Positions 14,486-26,845 of a stretch of 64,000 nucleotides of DNA are shown here, one piece after another. The first letter of the stretch is position 1; each line of letters begins with the position of its first letter. This stretch comes from Lama glama (Eukaryota), in contig CM052817.1 of the NCBI GenBank assembly GCA_028534125.1, forward strand, positions 94,614,001 to 94,678,000, read 5' to 3'. The notes below the pieces were generated by a model. That model saw only the letters and a list, made by a program, of their open reading frames with translations. It made no database searches and was not told where the DNA came from. A program made the translations under genes and the position numbers.

Positions 14486-15270
14486 TTTTAATAAATAGCC
14501 ATATTTTCCTTGGAAGATGACTATAGCATACATTTGTGGCAGTGTTGAAGGTTCCTTCCTCAAGAGTAAGGATCTTTCCCATCAAAGAGGAAGCTCTAGG
14601 TCTGTGAACTGGCGTACATCTAGAAGCTGAGTTGGGGCCATAATTCTCCATTGTGGTGATTCAACTCACATTTTGGTTACTAGATCTGGAGTCTTCCCTG
14701 TTATATAGATAAAGAAATATTTTAGAAAGCTACCCATCCATATCATTCCTTAGGGAATGGTGATGAATCAACCCCTGCCAAAGATTCCTGTAGGTCAAAA
14801 CATTTGATTGCACTACACCTCTGCTGCCCTTCATTGTGAATACAGCCAGCTTGCCCTTGGTTTTTAAGAGCTCTTGACCTCTGCTACCCTGGGACTGAAA
14901 TCAGGGCACCCATCTCAATGGTGGCACCCCCCCCACCATCATGTCCCCCTCCATCATATCCCTCGCCATCACACCCAGCCAGCGGAGGACTGACACCAGA
15001 GATACTTTCAAAGGTACAGATGCTCCCGTCACTAATTTATTTCTCAAAATCTTAGGGGAAGGGGCATCCTGTGGGCCTTCTCCTAGGATGGAATTGATGA
15101 GTGGGAGTATAGATTGCACACAGAAAGCCACTCCAAAATTTTCATCTCCTGAAACCTCTGAATTCTTTTGTTTATGTTATGCCAGGGAAGTTCTGGCATA
15201 GGCCAGTGTTGAGTCGAATATTTAGTCAACCAGCCGAATAAAATGGCTAGCATCATTTCCATATGCTTTA
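13500..15270 (-). mobile_element. Decayed ERV-L (class III) internal region: gag-pro and start of pol
   Basis: Minus-strand translation across frameshifts and stops gives ERV-L Gag (LPWHNINKRIQRFQEMKILEWL..EGPQDAPSPKILRNKLVTGASVPLKVSL, ORF 14901-15131), gag-pro junction (RQFTDLELPL*..LRKEPSTLPQ), protease (YTNSEIMLIS..GLYGGQV..VLAQV..VGPQSHFVVISPV..IGINILNHWQNSHISSLT) and an RT-like DQQGQSVKYLPYYHLGY. These match recalled HERV-L/MuERV-L motifs. Confidence 0.85.
14454..14481. repeat. (AT)n microsatellite inside the ERV-L remnant
   Basis: Perfect atatat run. Confidence 0.95.
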
Positions 15271-15525
15271 GTGTAACAGTCAGGCTTCAGTAAGAGAAAC
15301 AGAACCAGTACGCATGATATAGACTATGAGATTTATGATAGAACCTTGACCTTACGCACTTGTGGGAGCTAATTAAACAGTTTATATGTGAATGTTGCTT
15401 CTGCATCTGGTGCTGGGCCTGAGGTCAATAGGGCAGGAAGTGGAAAGGGAAGGTTAACACTGAAGCGGGGCAGTGAAGAAAAAAACCGGAATCTGTGAGA
15501 ATGAGCTGGAACTCGTGTTGGTTTC

Positions 15526-16516
15526 TGTTGCAGGCATCAAGACGGCACCCCAAAGATGTTCCCATCCTAACACTCAGAACCTGTGACTATGCGACCCTAC
15601 ATGACAGAGGAGAATTAAGGGTGTGCATGGAATTAATGCTGCTAGTCAGCTGATGTTAAGATAGGTAGGTGCAACGGGAGAAAGACAGGAGGGATGAGGC
15701 ATGGGAGGACCTTGACCCACTGTTTAGCTTTGAAGATGAGGAAAAGGGGGCCAAGAGCCTAGAGATAAGGGCAGGTTTGAGAAGAAGGGAATGGCTGCCA
15801 ACTGGTAGCTGCAAAAAATGGGGACCTTGTGCTACAACAGCTAGGAAATGAACAGCATCCTGCCAACGTCCTGAATGACTAAGGAAACGGATCCTCTTTA
15901 GAGCCTGCAGAAGGGAATGTAATGGGGAAAAGCAGGTCTGACTCCACATTGGATCTGCTTCTTTTACTCGAATCTTTGTCTTCTGTTGCTTTTGCTACAA
16001 ATTCATCACTAAGGGATGTTGCCTATAATGTTAAATTATACATAATGGCCCATCTCTGGGAACCCTGCCTCCCAGGTAATGAACATTAAGCTAAAACCCC
16101 TTAGTTTAGCTCACAGGAGACATCTTGACCAGGCCCACCTGTGAATGGCTGCAGAGGAAGGAATGAACACATCCCCTCCTGAGGCTGACGGGAACCAGGA
16201 AATGTTTGACTTTACTCTCTCCCCTTTGAATATAAAAGAAGTATGAATTCTAACTCAGGCAAGATGGTTCTTTGGGATGCTAGAACCACCATCTTCTCCG
16301 TCTGCTGGCTTTCCAAATAAAGTCACTATTCCTTGCCCTAACAACTGCCTCTCACTTTATTGGCCTGTCATGACAATCTTGGACTCGGTAACAGGAATGC
16401 GATCCAGCCAACACTCTCAGATGTCTGACCTACAGACCTGTAAGATCATTCGCTTGGTTGGTTTAAGTCACTAAGCTTGTGGCAATTTGATAATGCAGCA
16501 GTGTAAAAGTAACACA
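15526..16516 (+). mobile_element. MaLR MLT1(D/E-like) LTR, split by an ERV1 LTR
   Basis: 5' tgttgcagg...ccccaaagatgttcccatcctaa..agaacctgtgactatg; 3' tttaagtcactaagcttgtggcaatttg..gcagca..aagtaacaca. Confidence 0.8.
15918..16393 (+). mobile_element. Solo ERV1-class LTR
   Basis: TG...CA ends (tgtaatgggg...ggtaaca), 4-bp TSD ggaa (15914-17 / 16394-97), TATA box tataaaa ~16231, AATAAA ~16316. Confidence 0.9.
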
Positions 16517-16986
16517 ATCTCTCACCACTTCCAAGCTTCCAACTTCGATTGTGTGGCCTGCAGAAAAAGCTGGCACCCTTTGTTTTGGTACTTGGCCTGG
16601 AACTCAGAGAAGCTGAAGGAGAAGATGAAGGTAGAGGAGCTGCGGCCAGGCTGCTACCCCAATGCCAGCAAGGGGACCCTGCAGATCATGGATCTGTGCG
16701 AGCTCCCCAGCATGGAGCTAACATGCCTGCTCCTCCACATCCACTTTACAAACCTCAGATGAAAGATGTCGTGTGGCCCACACTAACCCAGCTCTACTCA
16801 CAGAAAAGAATTCTGATAAATGTTGCTCCTGCTGAGTTGTTAATGTGGTATAAATCTTCCAGAAAGAACTAGCACGTTCAATCTGAAATCATTGACAAGT
16901 GAACCCGTATCAATAAATTTGGCCTGATTTAGTGTTATATTCTGTCTTGCTTGGTCTAACACCATGAAAATTTATTCCCACATCTA

Positions 16987-17423
16987 CAGCCATCCCTTGG
17001 TATTTGTTGGGGATTTGTTCCAGGACCTCCTCAGATACTAAAATCCATGCGTGTTCAAGTCCTTTATATAAAATGGCATAGTAGAATATGAAAAGGAATA
17101 TATGTATGTATATGTATGACTGAAATGTTACTCTGTACACCAGAAATTGACACAACATTGTAAACTGACTATACTTCAATAAAAAAATTTTTAAAATTAA
17201 ATGGTATAGCGTTTGCACATAACTTACAAACATCCTCCTATTTACCATATAAATCATCTCTAGATTGCTTATAACACCTAAACAATGTAAATGTTATGTA
17301 AATAGTTGCTAGCACGTGGCAAATTCAAGTTTTGGAACTTTCTGGAATTTTTTTCCAAACAGTTTTGATTTGGGGTTGGTTTAAAACATGAATGCAGATT
17401 CTGTGGATATGGAGGGCCAATTG
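16987..17423 (+). mobile_element. MER2-like (Tigger-family) DNA transposon, interrupted by an L1 3' end
   Basis: TA-flanked ends ta|cagccatcccttggtat...gatatggagggccaattg|ta. Internal ttccaggacctcc..gatactaaaatccatg is typical of MER2. Confidence 0.8.
17084..17198 (+). mobile_element. Very short L1 3' end inserted into MER2
   Basis: ctgtacaccagaaattgacacaacattgtaaactgactatacttcaataaaaaaa, with near-perfect TSD aaatggcatagta (17071-83) / aaatggtatagcg (17199-211). Confidence 0.85.
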
Positions 17424-17973
17424 TATCCCCCAGGTTTATGTCGGTATAAATCTTCCAGTTCTCTTGGAATATAAGCTATTACCTTCTGGGTTAAAACTTG
17501 TAATTTCTACCTGGAAGCACAATGAGATCTAACTGTAACATGAGTATAGAGGCCACGGGGATATGTGGAGGGGCCTTAAAAAAATCTGAACATTGCATGA
17601 CAAATTCCCCAGTTAGAGTCATTACAGGCTGTTCAAACACAGAGAAGGATATTGCCCTTAGACATGGGGGACAAGCTATTTTCACTAACGAGAAAGGATC
17701 ATCATTACTCAGGGGTCCCCATTTCTCAGCTTCAACTGAGTCCAGTCAGATGCTCTCATTCCCAGTTTCAGGGTCCCACTTCTGCCCAATCAATGCCTTG
17801 ACTTTCACATGACATATTTGGAAAAGCTGTGAATTCAAATGACGTTGTAATTCTGCAACCCAAACAATTAAACACTGGGTTTAATTTTCCAGCTATATTG
17901 GCCACATTGCTCTAAAAAAAGTAAGAGATATTTGTTATAAAAATAGAGCTTTTAAGACTTTCAGACAAACTAT

Positions 17974-17995
17974 TTTCTTTCTTTCTTTCTTTTTT

Positions 17996-18047
<52 letters not shown>

Positions 18048-18051
18048 TTTT
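17974..18051. repeat. (TTTC)n microsatellite
   Basis: Direct reading. Confidence 0.95.
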
Positions 18052-18414
18052 GATTTGAGCTGAGGGCTTAAAGACCTGGGCTTGTTGTTTTCATTTGACG
18101 AACGCTCCCCTGCCATCAGAAGAATCCATCTGATGCCAACAACTTACAGTCATCATTATTCCCTTAATGGTCAAGTAACGCAGTCATTTTCCCCCTAAAT
18201 ACTTACTTCAGTAGGAATATTATTATAACTAACCACAGGTCAATTAATTTGATTAATTTTGATGCCATTGCATGTAACAAATTAATAGCATCTCATTTCA
18301 CCTTGGCAAGGGCTCAACACTTCATTCAAGTCCAAAAACACAGCCAGACCATTTACCAGATCCCAACTTCAAGGGCTTGCTTCCAGAGTCTACTCCCTCC
18401 CTCACAGTAATTAT

Positions 18415-19260
18415 TATACCAGTCAGGGTCCAGTAAAGAGACAAAAACCGCACCAATCATTTGAACAGAGAGAATTTAATATAATGAATCTGTAACTAGG
18501 TATCAGGATGTTAAATGAGTCATTGACTAGGTAAAAAGAAAACCCTAATGTAACTCAACAGGGAACAGGAACACTAAAGTATCATGGAAATAACTCCTAA
18601 AGGAAGCAACTGCTACCCTCAGGGCTGAGAAATGAATCTGGTTCTGAAAATCTAGATTCACCTATGGCTGTGGGAAGACCCCGCTCTCGACGGGGTGAAG
18701 ATTCCTTGCTAAAGGGTTGTACACAGGAATCAACAGCATACAGGTACCAACTTGCAGCTGTAAGATGAGTAAGGTTTGAGGATCTAGTGTAAAACATGGT
18801 GATGATAGTTGATAATACTGTATTATAAAACATACACATTCTAAGAGAGTAGAACTTACAATGTTCTCACAAAATAAATCAATAGATAAATAAATGTATT
18901 AATATGCAAGAGGATGGATGTGTTAATTAACTAGATGGGGGAAATCCTTTCACAATGTATATGTTTATCAAATCACCACGATATACACTTTAAGCACCTG
19001 ACAATCTTATTGGTCAGTTATACATCAGTACCACCCCACCCCCACCCCACCCCCACCAAAATCACACAGGAAGCCCATGGGAAATAAACAGAAAAGGGCA
19101 AGTTTCTTCATCATTCTCCAGCCTGGCAGTCCTCCTCTTACTCCCCTGTTATCAGAGCTTAATAAGGACCAACTGTCAGAATTTGGGTTTACAAAATTCA
19201 TCTTCAGCATCACAAAGCAGAATCTAGAAGGGTGGATTTGAAGTTGAAAATAAAATTCCG
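18415..19260 (-). mobile_element. Old ERVL/MaLR-class LTR, interrupted by L1
   Basis: Starts agtcagggtccagtaaagagacaaaaaccgcacca...aatttaatataatgaa and resumes after 19030. Family uncertain. Confidence 0.45.
18738..19030 (+). mobile_element. L1MA9/10-like 3' end
   Basis: gaggatctagtgtaaaacatggtgatgatagttgataatactgtatt...gaggatggatgtgttaattaactagatgggggaaatcctttcacaatgtatatg. Confidence 0.85.
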
Positions 19261-19299
19261 TGGAAAATTGGCATATTCAGTAAATTTTTTTTTCTTTTG

Positions 19300-21250
19300 C
19301 AATAACCCCTTTTAGCACCAATATGCTAATGCATGCTTAATGAATAATTAAATACTAAATTTCCATTTCTCAAGAGAGTTGATGGCAAAAATAGAAATTG
19401 CTCAAAATAGTTTTGATTTTATGGAGGCTGTAGAGATACCACCAGTCCTGAAAGCAACAAATATGCTGAATATAGCGGCATCCACATAAAAGTAATTGAT
19501 TAATTTTAGAAAACAGTACTGAAATACATCAATTTTACAGGTGCATCTACAGGAAGTGTCTTTATATATTACTCTGAAACGTGACTTTTCATTGAAATCA
19601 AGTAACTTTCCTTCTAAACTGATTTCATCCATTTCTGGATCCAAAAGTTTCCTGCATATCCATGGAGAGTGAATTGATAGCTGTAATATGCTGGTTTTAT
19701 TGGCAAAAGAATCTGTAAACAGTTACAGGATGCCATTTGTAAAAGTTTGATTGCAGGCTTCTTGTAGAAAACCAGTTATTTCCATAACTGATTGGATTTC
19801 TTTCATCAAATTCATATAATAGTAAAGCTTTTGGAAGGTCAGCCTTTGAAAATGAATCCATTGTATGTTCAGTTTAAAAGTTCAACATTGAATGTACGAT
19901 TATTTGCTTTGCAGTATTAATATGGATACAAATTTGGCAGAATGTAGCACATCATGGATAAAATAATGGTTTTACTAAGTTAAGAAACATATAGAGAAAA
20001 ATATTCCTAAATATTCCTAAAATTGGGGGTGGTAGACAAACAAGTTATAATAACATCATCCAATAAACTGCAATAGCCTATCATTTGAAATAGAAACTGT
20101 GGGTGTCAAAATGTATAAACATTAGAGTTAAGTAACTATACTACAACAGTTTTTAAATAAAAACTATGTTCAGTACCCCAAAAAATAACTTTGCAAGGCC
20201 ATATGTGCTTTCTCTCTTGCTGTGTATCTTCAATCAGATTTTAGAAATGTGTCAGCTCGCTTCAAGAGAACTACTTTGCAAATCAACCTATGAACCCTAT
20301 AATGGCATTGCATATTTTCTTAAACAACTCTGAATTTAAAAAAATGATCAGAAATCTTTCATCAAAATGTCCAAGGACTTGGGAGCCAGAAAACCTCAGG
20401 TTTTGCAAGAACTACAAAGGCAAATTTATCTTTACAAAAGCAGGGAGGTGAACAAAGTAAATGAGGAGCCCTCAAACAGTGTGCAAGATTTAATTTTAAA
20501 ATTCTGTAAATTCCTTTGAAATGACTTGTAGACAAAAAAATCTTTTGACCAAATTTCATTTTTATAATTGGATTATATTTTTTACTGGAATGGAATAAAA
20601 TTGAAAAGATCTGTGGTTTTGCAGCATCTATTTGGCAAAACACTAAAAAATTGTGAATTTATTCTATGAGCTTTGCCTTATAAAATATTTGTAGAGAAAA
20701 ATTCTAACTTGAAGTAAAAAGACAGTACCTATAAAAATATGGATACAACTATACATTTCATAAAAATTAGAATTGAGAATATTCTCTCCTCAGTAGAATT
20801 TCCTCTAAACTTACTAGGTAACTCAGCACTTCTAAATATCTTCTCAATTAAAATGCTATATAGTCTAAAGAGAAAAGCAAATATGTATCCTTTTCAAATA
20901 TATTTATATAAAATGTAACTGAAGACTGCAGGCAAGTTTTGGAAAAAATAAAAAGACTAAGATCATGTTGAAATAATACATTCTCTAGAAAAATATTAGG
21001 GAATCAGTATTAGAGAAAGATACAGTTTGTGCTATTTTTTAATATTTAGGCAATCAACACAAATAATTTTTATATTTTCCTTTAATCCAAAAGAGCATAT
21101 GCCATTTTGCATTTCGGAAATAATTTGATTTTTGAAAATCATTTTTGTAAAGAACAAATTTTATACATCAACCAATGTAATTAATATAGCCAATTGGTTC
21201 TTCAATGAAAAAATTTTTCAAAAATACATTTCTAATTAATTTTAATGTAT
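19300..21250 (-). mobile_element. Possible highly decayed hAT transposase remnant
   Basis: AT-rich block. Minus-strand fragments KLLDPEMDEISLEG and RTGGISTAS loosely resemble the hAT C-terminal (LDP and STASxERSFS) region. Weak. Confidence 0.3.
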
Positions 21251-21281
21251 CTTTTCATTCTCAGAAGTATCTTGGCTTCGT

Positions 21282-21634
21282 GTCTTATTCTGCTTAGGCT
21301 GCTATAATGGGTGTTTTAGACAATATACATTTATTTTCTCACAGTTCTGGAGCCTAGACGTTTGAGGTCAAGGCAGCAACACAGTCAGGTTCTAGGTTCT
21401 GGGTTCTGCTAAGAGTTTTTTTCTGGCTTGCAGAAAGCCATAAGTTCTCATATGATGAGGAGGGAGAGGCTATGCTACTATGCTCTCTGGTATCTCTTCT
21501 TATAAAATATTAACCCTATCACGAGGGCAGGGCTTCATCTAAATATAATAAAAAGCCCCATCTCCAAATACCGTAACATTGGGATTAAGACTTCAACATA
21601 CACATTTTGTGGGACACAGTTCTGTCCACAGCAC
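21282..21634 (-). mobile_element. MaLR MLT1A-like solo LTR
   Basis: tgtcttattctgcttaggctgctataa...tttattttctcacagttctggag...ggattaagacttcaacata..ttttgtgggacacagttctgtccacagca. Confidence 0.85.
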
Positions 21635-22549
21635 GTGAACCAGTAAATTTGGAGGCTCAATCCTTATGACTCTTACTATCATGGAGTGAGAAACATCTGG
21701 CCCATTGCCACTGGATTCCAGATGCACAGGCCTTGCTTGTCCTTGCATCCAAATCAGCATGAACATGTTTCCCTTTAATCTGTATTCCAAGAACAGGCCA
21801 TATTTTATGCTCTTCTCCCTGTCTGTGGAAGATCTCTACTCTTCCGTCCCTCTCTCAGCCACTTCTGTCTTCCTCTTGGGAAGACAGCCCCTCATTTCCA
21901 TCTTTCTAGAGTCTGTGGGATTCTGTGAGGCTGCCTACAGGCATTTTGCCTAGACAGCTCATTCTGCCATTGTCACTCTACTGCTCAGACACCATGATGA
22001 ATGTTGGGTTCCCCTATGAGGCTGGCAACTTCCATGGGAAGCCAGCCAATGAACGGTTCTCTGTGGGCTGGGATACCTTCAAAATGATCTGAGGTTTTAA
22101 TTGTCCCTCCCCACTTCTGACACTTGCCTGAGAAGGTAATTACCTGGTTCCTGTTCAGGGGTTCATCACCCTTTAAGGTGGCTAGTGACATCCGCTCTTA
22201 TTTCTCCTTCCCAGAAAGTTGATTTTTGTCTCTTTTTGCTAAAGAGCTAGCTCTTAAATCATTCCACATTATTTACATAGACACAGTTTAAAATTTGGCT
22301 CTCATATTTTTAAAAAAATGCTTTTGGCACCCTCTATCAAATAACTTCACACTTGTAGTCAGATGCCTTGGGTTTCAAGATTATTGTGGCTAACATGAGT
22401 TTAAAAACAACAATAAAAATTTAAATGACTTCATTGTTTACCATCTCTGCCCTATTCCTAAATAATGAAACCTAGTGGCTTCATAGGGGAGCAGCAACAA
22501 GAATGCTGGAAAGACAAACCTTAATTATTACTTCAAAATGTCCTGCCAG

Positions 22550-22760
22550 AAACGTTGGAATTTTAAAACTGAACAAAACCCTTATAAATTATTCATCAAG
22601 TCCACCCTCTTGTTTTATGGACGTCACGTGTAAAGGGAGACCCAGAGAGACGAAATGATTGTCTTCTATGACTACACAGATTCTGAACAGCAGAGGTAGG
22701 AGGCCCATGACGACCTTTACCTCCATCAAATCCAGAACTGTTTCCACAGACTTACGCCAT
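22550..22760 (-). mobile_element. MIR fragment
   Basis: aagtccaccctcttgttttatgg..ggagacccagagagacgaaatgattgtc..acacag resembles antisense MIR. Confidence 0.5.
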
Positions 22761-22899
22761 TTCCTTCTAGATATGTTTCAATTTTTCTGAATTTCTCTCA
22801 AAAGGTGGCATCAAGAAATAGACAGGGCACTTCAAGTGCATTCAGAATATGGTAGAATTCTAGTCATCTGCTGGCTTTTGGATGCTACTATTTTCTAAG

Positions 22900-23514
22900 T
22901 GAGACAGGAAGTGGGCAGGGCACAGTCATTCAAGGAATAACACAGCAATAAACACCAGAATTTAACCCCTGGCAGGCCTTGAGGCTCAAGATGGTGGGAG
23001 ATTTGAATTCTAGTAGACCTTGAGCTTCATTATACGCCCATTGTAATATATTAGCTTGGTGAATAACATGCCCACAGGCACCACAGCAGTCCCAAGGCTA
23101 ACCATCAAAGCCAAAGAGTGGAAAATGGCCAACTTCCTGGGAATCCCAGCCCCTTCCCCAGGCTAGCTAGATTGGTCCTTCCACTTATTAGCATATGAAG
23201 ACACTGAGCCCATAAAAACTGGCAAAGGCTCGTGGCCGCCCCCTCTCTCCCACTTTGGAGACAGCCTGCACTCTGTTTATGGAGTGTGTACCTACTTTTA
23301 CTCTAAGCTGAGCACCCAACCCCTACACCTTGGGGCTTTTTCTTGGCTTTTTATATCTCTCTAAATAAATCTACCTTTGCTCAACTGTGGCTCACTCTTG
23401 AATTCTTTCCTGCGCGAAGCCAAGGACCCACACTTGGCAGAGCACATCACAGGTGCTCAACTGAAGCCTGGGACACAGCCGTCCTCACACCCCATATCTG
23501 TTTTTCCTGCATCA
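22900..23514 (+). mobile_element. Solo ERV1 LTR, MER41-like
   Basis: TG...CA ends (tgagacaggaa...cctgcatca), 4-bp TSD taag (22896-99 / 23515-18). MER41-type motifs caagatggtgg, attagcat and ctcactcttgaattctttcctgcgcgaagccaagga. AATAAA ~23364. Confidence 0.85.
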
Positions 23515-25006
23515 TAAGTGCAGACAAAGACACTCTCCTTTTGTATTTCGATAGTCTCATCTGAGTGTTGCTTTGCTGTAAGGACACGTATTTATGCTGG
23601 CAACACTGTCAAACCAGACCGCCTCGTCTTGTGTCCCATGTTTAATCTGTAAAATTAGATTTCAAACTCCAGGACATACAGTGTCATGGAATGAAGTGGC
23701 TTTAATATTCATATTGCTAAGGGAAAAGGAAAAAGATGATTTATACTGTAAAAAAGAAACACTTTCCAATTAGTGCATAATCTAAACCTGAACTGCTTAT
23801 TAAAAACATTTTTTTCTCACAGAGTTGAACCAAGTTTCTTTCCAAAGGTTTTCAGTTTCAAGTAGAACTATTCAGATCAGGTTGCTTCCTGAATCACAGT
23901 CTTTCCCATCCTAGGATTCTAGTATTTCAACCTCTCCTGTGAGCTACCTTCGAGTCTTGGCAAAACTGTGAACCATATCCGACAGATTTTTAGGAAAAAT
24001 AGCTCTAAAACTGTCTTATGATAAGGCCAGTGCTATGCCTGCACACGAGCAAGGTTTAATGGTCTTTGAAAGCATGAATTTGTTTTTGCATGACACACAA
24101 TTGCCCTTATCAGTCCGGTCTCCTACTGCAGCATTTTGAGAGAGATTATGATCTCTGAATGTTACCAATTCCTTCTTCCTTTATTTGTGGCCCATAAAGG
24201 CCATAAACAAGTCATAAAATTCTCATCTTAAGAAATGCAGGTCCCAGGCAGCAAATGAATCTTTATTGTTTTATAATTTAAATAAGAGAGTTGTCTTATT
24301 TATTCCAGAGAAATCATGTCATCTTGTTTTTCTGCTCAGCGTACTCATTGAAACTTTCTAAAACAATAAGGTCTTAAGATGTATTTAACGTGCACAAAGC
24401 AGATTCTTCCATTTTCACAGACTTTTCATCTATAAGAAAAATAAATAAATTAATCTTTTAAGGACGTTATTACAATTTTAGTGCCTGAGCATGGTAATTT
24501 CAAAAACATATGGAAATACAAATGAATAATACCGGCAAATTTAATGCAAATGTAAAATAACTTATATGATTATTTCCTGCAACGCTTCGTCTTTTGAAAT
24601 ACAGTATTTATAAGGGTGCTTTGCTTTCAAAAACAACAATGCATTGTATATAAACCAGAGAGCATGCATAGCAGCTCTGTTTAGAAAATAGCAAAGTAGC
24701 ATGTAAAAGGCCTCTGTTTAGTTAGCCCACCCACCAACTAGGGGGAAAGCTAAAGTTAAGAAAGGAGGATGGGATACACGGAGTTGTTACCACTGTGTCA
24801 AACCTGGGATTTTATTTTCTAAACAGTGCTCGCCAAGTGGGGTCTTAGAGTAATTATTCAATACATTTATTCAGTTAGGGACGTAATTTGAAAATTCAAT
24901 CCAAACTAACTTTCCTTGTTTTTTGTCTTGTTTTGTTTATAAAACAAGTTTTTTTTCCCCCCCTGACATTACGGGGTGAACCGGACAGAGAAAGAGTAAC
25001 AATAAT

Positions 25007-25527
25007 TGTAATAGGGAAGAACAAATCTGACCCCATATTAGATCTGCTCCTTTAGCTCTAGTCCCGGGAACCGTTTCCTGTGCTGAGCCATGCTGGTTCT
25101 GCACCTTTCCTAAAAGAATGTTGCCTAGAGCCTGAAATACACAGGAGAGCCCATTCTCAAGGCTCTGACCTTTAAGGGTATAACACTTTTCCTGTTCATA
25201 TAGAGATAAAAAGTTGCAGAACAGAGAATAACGTTTGTCTTATTGGAGGTTTACAGGAACACCATGATCTGACCTACATGGACAGCTGCAACAACAAAGG
25301 ATCCTGACACTAAGAAGTTTACAGCAACCAACCACATCCCCTCCTCTTTTTAGTATAAAAGGAGCCTGAATTCTCACATGGGGGAAGATGGTTCTCCAGG
25401 ACATTAGCTCCCCATCTTCTCCACCTGCTGTCTTTCCAAATAAAGTCATTATTCCTTGCCCCAACACCTCGTCTCCTGATTTTCTGGCCTGTCATGTGGG
25501 AGCAGAACAGGTTTGGACTCGATAACA
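25007..25527 (+). mobile_element. Solo ERV1-class LTR related to the one at 15918
   Basis: tgtaataggg...gataaca, 4-bp TSD taat (25003-06 / 25528-31). Shares tataaaa, aagatggttct, tttccaaataaagtca.tattccttgccc and ttggactcg with 15918-16393. Confidence 0.9.
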
Positions 25528-26167
25528 TAATCACTCTTTACTTTTGCACTCCATTTTCTAACTTTTACCTTTTTTTGTTTGATCCCAGCTATAATCTTCT
25601 GAGGGAGAGAAGATAAATGAGGAAACTTCAGCCCCAAATATAAATGTGGAGAACAAGGGTCAAACAGCTTATTCGTGACAGAGTCTGGATGATGATCTAG
25701 GTTTTCTGCCTCTGGGGTCCTGAGGTTTTTTTGATTTTATACTGATGCCAAGGAAACTGTATGTATTAAATACAGTTGTCACGAAAAATTTAGCTGTTGC
25801 CTTGTGGAAACTAGGGTGGCTGAGAAATCCCTAAACTTGATCTTAAGTCCCCCAGATTTCTGTCTCCCTGCCAGATAGCATGTGGGTGCCCTCAGGCAGA
25901 ATGAGCATATAAATAAACTCACTGTCTCCCTCCCTGCAGCCTGTTTCCTGTGGCTCACGCACATACACCCGGCAGGCCAGGTTTGCCCTTACCCAGCAGA
26001 GATCCCCACGCGGAGGGCACAGTGTGGCGCATGGTCACTGCCCAGCCAGTGGGGGTCTGCTAACCTCCTTGCCAGTTGCCAGCACGCCTCTGGCTTCCCA
26101 TCTGCTTTGCCTGACCTGTGTGCTGCCCCCACTCAGTTTACTTTAAATCCCAGCACTTAGATGTTTC

Positions 26168-26259
26168 CTTTTTTAAAAAAAAATTAAATTTTTAAGAAGT
26201 TCTTAAATTTTAAAAACTTGAAGTGTAGTTGATTTACAATGATGTGTTTGTTTCAGGTT

Positions 26260-26292
<33 letters not shown>

Positions 26293-26845
26293 TTTTTCAG
26301 ACTCTTTTTCATTATAAGCTATTACAAGATATTAAATATAGTTCCCTGTGCTGTACTGCAAGACCTCTTGTTTATCTATTTTATATATAGTAGTGCATGA
26401 CTGTTAAGCCCAAACTCCTAATTTATCCATCTTCCCATCTTTTTTCCTTTGGTAACTATAAGTTTGTTTTCTATGTCTATGAGTCTATTTCTGTTTTGTA
26501 AATAAGTTTGTGTCATTTTTTTAGATTCCACAAATAAGTGATAATCATACAGTATTTGTCTTTGCCTGACTTAGTTCACTTAGTATGACAATCTCCATGT
26601 CCACCCATGTTGCTGCAATGGCATTATTTTATTCTTTTTTAGGGCTGAGTAGTATTCCATTGTGTATATATACCTCAACTTCTTTATCTGTTCATCTGTT
26701 GATAGGCACTTAGGTTGCTTCCATGTCTTGGCTGTTGTAAATAGTGCTGCTACGAACATTGGGATGCATGTCTCTTTTCAAATTAGAGTTTCTGTCTTTT
26801 CCAGATATATGCCCAGGAGTAGGATTGCTGGATCATATGGTAACT
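26168..26845 (-). mobile_element. 5'-truncated recent L1 (~0.7 kb) with internal (TA)n(CA)n
   Basis: Antisense L1 3'UTR and ORF2 end (cccaggagtaggattgctggatcatatggtaactc). TSD cttagatgtttc (from 26156) / cttagatgcttc (from 26846). Confidence 0.92.

Larger units (their letters stand above)
15273..16875 (-). mobile_element. MLT2/ERVL-type LTR adjoining the ERV-L internal region, split by nested insertions (pieces ~15273-15525 and ~16517-16875)
   Basis: Begins tgtaacagtcaggcttcagtaagagaaacagaaccagta, typical of the antisense 3' end of MLT/ERVL LTRs, and directly abuts gag. Confidence 0.6.

Noticed and set aside
14901..15131. ERV-L Gag ORF as a possible domesticated (Fv1-like) gene
   Set aside because: Only ~76 open codons with a non-ATG start. 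Neighbouring gag and pro sequence has stops, frameshifts and a microsatellite insertion.
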